The notes below the pieces were generated by a model that was not told the origin of the DNA, did no database searches, and worked only from the letters and a program-made list of their open reading frames with translations. The position numbers and the translations under genes were made by a program. Source: Octopus sinensis (lineage: Eukaryota). From it: 13,996 nt of DNA. Positions within the stretch are counted from its first letter, which is position 1. Each line of letters starts with the position of its first letter. Of the stretch, positions 7,212 to 13,996 are shown one piece after another. The stretch covers positions 1 through 13,996 of the forward strand of contig NW_021825932.1 in assembly GCF_006345805.1 (NCBI RefSeq). Direction: 5' to 3'.

Positions 7212-7788
7212 ATGCCCTGATGCAGTACCAGGATGCCCTGATGCAGTACCAGGCAGTGGCTCTCATGGCTTCTGATCTTAACTGATTGGAAGTGTTATCA
7301 TGTACATTGTTTTGTCTTGGTGTAAAAGATGGGCTACAGCAAATATTCTGCTCAATACCACAGATTTGCTTGTCAGTTGTTTGACCTTAACCAGTTGACC
7401 ATGTCCCTTAGTGGCTGACGATATGTGCATCTCTGATCACGAGCAGAAGTAGTGGGGGAGCATCATAGCCATGTGTTGAGAGGGATTCTTTGGGGTTTGA
7501 ATAATTCACCTCTGGGAACGTGGGTGGTTCTTTCAACATCCTTAAACAACCCTTATTCGGGGACCTTTTGAGCGGGATGGGCTACTCAACCTGAAGAAAA
7601 TTCTAACTGGGCCCCACCTGCAAGGTCATGTGCTGTTTATCTTAATATGAGATCACCATGTCGCGCACATATGGTTGTGATGCATGTGCCTGGTGTACCT
7701 TTATCAGACGGGTAGTCATGATGGGTATATTGGGCTTCGTATATTTTACCCCAGTGTCACTTTGATGGCATGAACTGCTCTCTCACTC
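7212..7788 (+). mobile_element. Non-coding interspersed element, putative non-autonomous retroelement (copy B), with a duplicated 21-nt 5' end
   Basis: 7296-7788 matches 12515-13004 at roughly 93-94% (by eye); (AAT)n on both sides; no ORF; ATGCCCTGATGCAGTACCAGG occurs twice (7212-7232, 7233-7253). Confidence 0.85.
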
Positions 7789-7804
7789 AATAATAATGAT
7801 AATA

Positions 7805-9478
7805 TCACTATCACCACTCCTCTTTTGTTTAGCCTTAATACCTCTCTCAAAATTGCTCAATGTCGCGCAGTATGGATCTCTTATGATAATATAAAATATT
7901 TGATAAAAATATAAATCATCTCATTTACATGAATGATTTAAATCTCTTTGTAAAAAATGACCAACAACTACAGGGCTTACTAGCGATTGTTAAGCAATTC
8001 AGTGATGACATCAGGAGGCAATTTGGCCTCGATAAATGTGCAAAAGCTACCTTTATCAAAGGAAAAATGATAGAAACATCTAACGTTTACCTCAACCAGC
8101 AGAATGTCATAAAAGAGTTAGAACCAGCGGAGAGCTACAAGTACCTAGGGGTATTTGAAGGGGATGGAATCAAACATTCAGTGATGAGGGAAAGGATCAG
8201 GAGAGGATGTTATCGCAGAGTAAGAGCAATACTCAAGACAGAGCTGAATGCGAGAAACAGGATCAAAGCGATCAATGCTTTAGCCATACCAGTCGTGACT
8301 TACAGTTTCAATATCGTTAACTGGTCAATTAGTGAAATATGTAATCTTGACAGAAAAATACGAAAACTGTTGACAATCCATAGAATGCACCACCCTAAAG
8401 CAGATACAGAACGACTCTATCTGCCAAGAAAAGAGGGAGGCCGTGGACTTTTACAACTGGCATTAGCAATGAAAATTGCCACAATTAGCCTAGACCCCTT
8501 CCTGAAAAACTCTGAGGACTGGATGTTAAAGCTTGTCTCAAAACATGAAAACAAGAAAGCATCATACTCAGTAACAAAACAGGCAAAGGAATATCTAAGT
8601 GAATTCCGAATACAACAAATTCCGGAATTTGACATACGAGAAAAAAGCGCAGAAAAAGCTAAGCGCATGAAAACCCGTGCTAAAACTGCTGCCTTAGATA
8701 TTCTGACTGATAAATGGCAAGAAAAACCTGTCAATGGCAAATACCCAAAAAGAGCAAATATTGCCGAGGTTGACAAAGCCCTACCCATCAATGGCTAATG
8801 ACTTCTGGTTTAAAATCAGAAACAGCTGGGTCTATCATAGCAGCCCAAGATCAATGCCTACCTTGAAGAAACTACCAGGCCAACATATTAAAGAACGACA
8901 GCTGCCCAACATGTCGTGTACGTCAAAAACAAAATGAAACCATTGATCATGTTGTCTCCATGTGCAGTCTTCTTGCGTCCACAGAGTATCTCAACAGGCA
9001 TGATAGAGCAGCACTCTATATTCACTGGGTAATTTGCAAAAGCCTGGACTTGCCCCATGAAAAAAACTGGTGGGAACACAATCCACCTCCAGTGCTTGAA
9101 AATGACCACATCTCACTCCTCTGGAACTTCACCATTCAAACTGACAGAAAGATAGACGCGAATAGGCCAGACATCATATTGAAAGACTTCAGACAAAGAA
9201 CATGCCTCCTCATTGATATGACTGTCCCAATCAATATAAACGTATCTGTCAAGACCTACCAAAAACTGAGCAAATATAAAGATCTGGAAATAGAAATCAG
9301 CAAAATGTGGAACCTGAAGACTAAAACAATACCTGTTGTCATAGGTGACCTGAGAATGATAGCAAAAGGGGCTGACTGCTACCTAACTCAGATACCAGGA
9401 AACCCCAAAATGGCAGAAATTCAAAAGATGGTGCTCATGGGAACTGCCCATATCCTACGCAAAATACTTTCTATGTAA
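7805..9478 (+). pseudogene. Disabled RT/RLE ORF of copy C
   Basis: Catalytic motif reads YMND (7926-7937) instead of YMDD; zinc knuckle second Cys reads Arg (8921-8923); frameshift near 8783 and a TGA near 8864; ORF-track pieces 7929-8798 and 8960-9478. Confidence 0.88.
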
Positions 9479-9670
9479 TCTCAAGTTTTAAAACAAACAT
9501 AATTTTCTTATGGTTTCTTAAACATTCTCTAGAATAACACTATGTACAAAACCAAATATATGGCACACTGGGCATAACAACAACGTGAACTTCCAACCTG
9601 TTGTCTCTTGAGGTCTCTGAGTGAGACTTGGAGCCAACTCGTACAAATGTAAAGCAAAAGTCAAACATAA
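7805..9670 (+). mobile_element. R4/Dong-clade LINE, 5'-truncated inside the RT (copy C)
   Basis: Starts at SLSPLLFCLALIPL; includes thumb region, CCHC remnant, RHD, NRPDI..D..K restriction-like endonuclease, ~190-nt 3'UTR, then an (AAT)n tail. Confidence 0.9.
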
Positions 9671-9685
9671 AATAATAATAACAAC

Positions 9686-9741
<56 letters not shown>

Positions 9742-9744
9742 ATA

Positions 9745-9780
<36 letters not shown>
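9671..9780 (+). repeat. (AAT)n/(GATAAT)n tract between copies C and D
   Basis: Directly visible. Confidence 0.95.
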
Positions 9781-9781
<1 letters not shown>

Positions 9782-12494
9782 TATAACATCACAGAGAAAG
9801 CAAATATAACATCACAGAGAAAGATTTGCCTGAAATAAAAGAAAAGCTGAAGCAAGATATCCTTGCCAAAGCACAAAGGATCCGCCGGTACAAAACGCCA
9901 ACGCTTCTTTGAAGAAAACAAAAAGTTCAACTCCAACCCCAAAAGTCTACCAAGAACTGGGCAAAAATAAAATAGAAGTCACTGCAGCACCAACGGCAGA
10001 AGAATTGGAAGAATTCTGGAGAGAAATATGGTCGGCGAACGAACCACCAAAAAAGGAGTATCAAATAACAAACTCGGCATCTGAACAACTTTGGACCCCC
10101 ATAACAACTGAAGAGGTCACCCAGGCACTGCAAAGACTAAGCAACTGGAAGGCACCTGGGCATGACAAGATCCCCAACTTCTGGTTGAAATATCTAACAG
10201 GAATGCACAAAAAGCTGGCTGAAAACTTTAACAACGTACTAGCAGAGCCAGAGACAATGCCTGAATGGCTCACGAAGGGGAAAACCATCTTAATTCCCAA
10301 ATCAAATGCAACAGAAAAACCAGAAAACTACAGACCAATAACCTGCCTCCCTACTATGTTCAAGGCATTTACTGCAGTGATATCACAAAGGCTGAACAAG
10401 CACCTGGACGAAAACAAACTGTTCCCAGAAGAGAAGAAAGGATGCCGCAAAGACTCATATGGCTGTAAAGATCAACTAATGATTAATAAAGCCATAACTG
10501 AAGACAGCCACAGAAAGAAGAAAGGCCTCAGTATGGCCTGGATTGACTACAAAAAGGCGTTTGATAGCATCCCCCACACATGGATCCTCGAAACACTAGC
10601 CATAACAAAGTAGCACCAACAATCATAAAATTCATAGAGCACTCTATGAATAAATGGCAAACAGTCCTACACCTCCAAACAAAAGAGGGACTCATGAAAA
10701 CCAAAGACATCCCCATTAGAAGAGGAATATTCCAAGGAGACACGCTCTCTCCACTCCTTTTCTGCTTGGCACTGTCACTCTATCTGATATGCTAAATAGA
10801 ACTGGATGCGGATATAAATGTTACGGCAAAACGATCAGCCACCTTTTATATATGGATGACCTAAAACTATACGCTGCAAATGACAAACAGCTGGAAACAC
10901 TATTAAAGACAGTTCATGGATTTACCAAAGAAATAGATATGAAATTGGATTAGAAAAATGCGCCAAAGTAACCCTGAAAAGAGGAAGACTAGTAAGAGTA
11001 ACAACATCACACTAGATAAAACCAATGAAATAAAAGAATTAGACCAAAGCCAAACTTACAAATACTTAGGAATCCATGAACTAGATAAGACACAACACAC
11101 ACAAATGAAAGAGAAATAAAAAAAGAATATTATAGACGAGTTAGATCAATACTAAACACAGAGCTCAATGCTAAAAACAAGATAATAGGTATCAACTTTA
11201 GCTGTCCCAGTTATAAGTTACAGCTACAATATCCTTAACTGGACACGAAATGAACTGACCAAAATAGATAGGAAAACAAGAAAAATAATGACAGGATCTA
11301 GGATGCATCACCCAAAATCTGACATAGAAAGACTATATATACAACGTATAGAAGGTGGTAGAGGCCTTATACAGCTGGAAAACTACTATAAAATAACCAC
11401 CATAGGACTGCAAAAATATCTACTCAGAAGGAAGGAAAACTGATCCAGATAGCGGCAAAACACGAGCAAACAAAAAAACTGTTCTCAGTATTTAAGGAAG
11501 CTGACAAATACAAACAAGAAATCATACCACCTAATAAAAACATGAAGAAGAAGAAGAGATGAAGAAACAACAAAAGCTATAAAACAAATGAAATCCAAAC
11601 TAAAAATAGAACAGCAACGAACCATGATAAAACGATGGCAAGAAAAGCCCCTTCATGGTAAATACTGGACTAAACTAAACGCAAAAGAAATAGACAAAGA
11701 AAAATCCCAGCAATGGTTGAGAAGCTCAGGACTCAAAGCAGAGACAGAGGGATTTTTAATTGCAGCACAAGACCGAAGCCTCCCCACCAGAAATTACCAA
11801 AAACATGTAATGAAAAGAAATATTACAAGTAACTGCAGAATATGTGGAGATGGACAAGAAACAATAAATCATATTATCTCTAGCTGCCCAGTCCTGGCTA
11901 ACAAGGAATATATTCACAGACATGACAAAGTTGGAACCTACATACATTGGAAGCTATGTCAACATTATGGAATAACAACAGAAAAAAGACGGTATAGGCA
12001 CACACCAGAAAAGGTCACAGAAAACGAGAAAGCAACCATACTCTGGGATATGCCGATACACACAGATAGAGAAATTAAGGCCAACAGACCAGATATAGTT
12101 GTCAGAGACCATGAAGGAAAAAAATGCTTTCTAATTGATGTATCAATACCGGCTGATGACAACGTGTCTCTAAAAGAAATGGAGAAACTCTCAAAATACA
12201 AAGACCTGGAAATAGAGGTAACTAGAATGTGGAATCTGAAAACAGAAGCAATTCCTATCATAGTAGGTGCATTAGGCATGATAAAAAAATATTCAGACAA
12301 ATACATAACAAAAACACCAGAAAAAGACACATAACAAAAACATACAGAAAATTGCACTACTAGGCACACATCCTACGCAGAACACTTTCCATACAATAGC
12401 CATCAGAGCATCACAAATCACAGCACATACCCAAAGCACACAGAGCTGCGCTCGGTAGTGAAGTGAAAGCACGCTATAAAAAATAAAACTACTG
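9781..12494 (+). mobile_element. R4/Dong-clade LINE, 5'-truncated just upstream of the RT, young-looking (copy D)
   Basis: Complete RT (KAPGHD, NYRPITCL, WIDYKKAFDSIPH, GIFQGDTLSP, YMDD at 10849-10860), CCHC (CRICG...HIISSC), RHD, RLE (NRPDIVV...IDVSIP...KLSKYKDL), ~95-nt 3'UTR, (AAT)n tail. Confidence 0.93.
9804..12399 (+). pseudogene. Frameshifted RT/RLE ORF of copy D
   Basis: Collinear ORF pieces 9909-10613, 10580-10795 and 11588-12334; true C-terminus ILRRTLSIQ* ends at TAG 12397-12399; about ten short indels. Confidence 0.88.
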
Positions 12495-12514
12495 AATAAT
12501 AATAATAATAATAA
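12495..12514 (+). repeat. (AAT)n between copy D and copy E
   Basis: Directly visible. Confidence 0.95.
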
Positions 12515-13004
12515 TATCATGTACATTGTTTTGTCTTGGTATAAAAGATGGGCTTCAGCAAATATTCTGCTCTATTCCACAGATTTGCTTGTCAGTTGTT
12601 TGACCTTAACCAGTTGAGCATGTCCCTTTGTGGTTGACGATATGTGCATCTCTGATCACGAGCAGAAGTAGTGGGGGAGCATCATAGCCATGTGTTGAGA
12701 GGGATTCTTTGGGGTTTGAATAATTCACCTCTGGAAACAGAGTGTTTCGTTCAACATCCTTAAACAACCTTTATTCAGGAACCTTTTGAGTGGGATGAGT
12801 TACTCGACCAGAAGAAAATTCTAACTGGGTCCCACCTACAAGGTCATGTGCTGTTTATCTTGATATGAGATCACCATGTTGCACACATATGGTTGTGATG
12901 CATGTGCCTGGTGTACTCTTATCAGACGGGTAGTCATGATGGGTATACTGGGCTTCGTATATTTAACCCCAGTGTCACTTTGATGGCATGAACTGCCCTC
13001 TCAC
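12515..13004 (+). mobile_element. Second, 5'-truncated copy of the non-coding element (copy E), followed by (AAT)5
   Basis: Homologous to 7296-7788; lacks the first ~63 nt of the unit; tail 13005-13019. Confidence 0.87.
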
Positions 13005-13224
13005 AATAATAATAATAATTTTCTCTTTAATTTTCACAATGGAAACTTTTTAGAAAGTTGATACAATGCCTTGATACAGTAAATTCTAAATGTAACCATT
13101 TTCTCTCAAAACAGACATAAAACACGGAGGTTACAAATACATATTTTCAGCAGTTGAGACAAAAGTTTCTGGAACTCCAAGAAACAAGTCTCTTTCGGAA
13201 ACACCAAAATTATCGACGACATTG

Positions 13225-13365
13225 ACAAGAATAACAAAAACAAAAACACTAACAGCAGCAATAGTGTCATCAACTACAATAAAACCAAAACAAACATGGA
13301 CAACAGCAACAAAAACAAAATCAACAGCTAGTACTACTACAATAACACAAAGAACAAATCAAAAG
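13225..13365 (+). repeat. Highly degenerate (ACA/AAC)n low-complexity tract
   Basis: A/C-rich trinucleotide periodicity; gives the Thr-rich ORF 13222-13443. Confidence 0.6.
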
Positions 13366-13404
13366 ACGATTGCAGAAGACAATGGTAAACCCGAGAGTGG
13401 TCGT

Positions 13405-13996
13405 AACATAAAAGTTGAAACAAGAGGTATGTTACAAAGATAACAAGAAGAAAGTTTTTGTTAGTTTATTTCACAATTTTCACCTGATGTGATGAAAAAC
13501 GGTGTAGACCCAAAGTGCCGATATTGCAATGATGGGATTGAATCAGCGGACCCCCTAATCTCTGAGTGTAAGGTTTTAGCACCTGTAGATTACAAAGCAA
13601 GACATGATAGAGTTGGCCAATATCTACACTGGATAATGTGTTGGCATTATAAAATCAAAACTGCAGACAAATGCTACAAGCACCACCTTGAGGCTGTAAC
13701 TGAGGGAGCAAAATGTAACTATTCTTGGGACTTTCCAGTATGTACAGATCAGACCATCAAAGCAAAATAAAACCAGATATTGTTGAGAAAGACCAAAACA
13801 ATAAAGCCTGTTTATTGATTGACATGAGAAGACCCGTGACTATATTATCTCGGAAAAAAGAATTGATAAGATCAGAAAATTAAAGATTTGCCAATCGAAA
13901 TCGAAAAGATGTGAAATCTCAAGACGATTATAATACCAGTGATTGTAGGAGCACTTGGAATGATGAAAAAGGAAATGAAAATTATTTAAGAATGAT
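13405..13996 (+). mobile_element. R4/Dong-clade LINE, decayed 3' fragment running off the window (copy F)
   Basis: KVETRG, CRYC zinc-knuckle remnant, RHDRVGQYLHW, WDFPVCTD.TIKA, KPDI, IPVIVGALGMM motifs with stops and frameshifts. Confidence 0.82.

Noticed and set aside
6997-7275. Poly-Ile ORF, and similar poly-Leu/Tyr ORFs at 9540-9942 and 12293-12526
   Set aside because: Translations of (AAT)n/(ATT)n tracts
7233-7300. Possible HDV-like ribozyme or tRNA head at the 5' end of copy B
   Set aside because: I could not build the nested double pseudoknot or find A/B boxes by eye; only simple hairpins are supported
7415-7600. CTGACGA and CTGAAGA hammerhead-core-like words in the non-coding element
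   Set aside because: No suitably placed GAAA and stems; the first word is TTGACGA in copy E
7803-7814. TATCAC-TATCAC duplication at the 5' junction of copy C
   Set aside because: Largely explained by the natural Ser-Leu-Ser codons plus microhomology with the AAT tract
8417-8791. Antisense ORFs over the LINEs (also 9927-10300, 10528-10743, 11756-12369)
   Set aside because: Shadow frames of A-rich LINE coding sequence with no recognisable motifs
7041-13019. Repeat-spacer alternation reminiscent of a CRISPR array
   Set aside because: Repeats are variable-length trinucleotide tracts and the spacers are 0.5-2.7 kb retroelements

Overview
AT-rich, microsatellite-dense animal DNA made almost entirely of transposable-element remnants. 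No host gene, rRNA, tRNA gene or CRISPR array is supportable. The repeat content resembles an octopus/cephalopod genome (inference from pattern recognition, not a search). 1-4350: a 944-bp TIR element with a nested non-autonomous Helitron, two hammerhead-ribozyme motifs of the Penelope-like-element type on opposite strands, a possible hAT-like MITE, tRNA-SINE fragments and a CR1/L2-like LINE 3' end. 4348-6278: a doubly internally deleted L1/Tx1-clade LINE on the minus strand. 6362-13996: a same-strand, head-to-tail stack of four divergent R4/Dong-clade LINEs (RT plus restriction-like endonuclease) and two copies of a ~0.5-kb non-coding element, mostly separated by (AAT)n tracts. The most interesting signals are this (AAT)n-targeted stack with its putative non-autonomous passenger, a covarying 3'UTR stem-loop shared by three LINE families, ~20-nt tandem duplications at 5' junctions, and the hammerheads. 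Coordinates, alignments and identities were read by eye and are approximate unless a motif is quoted.
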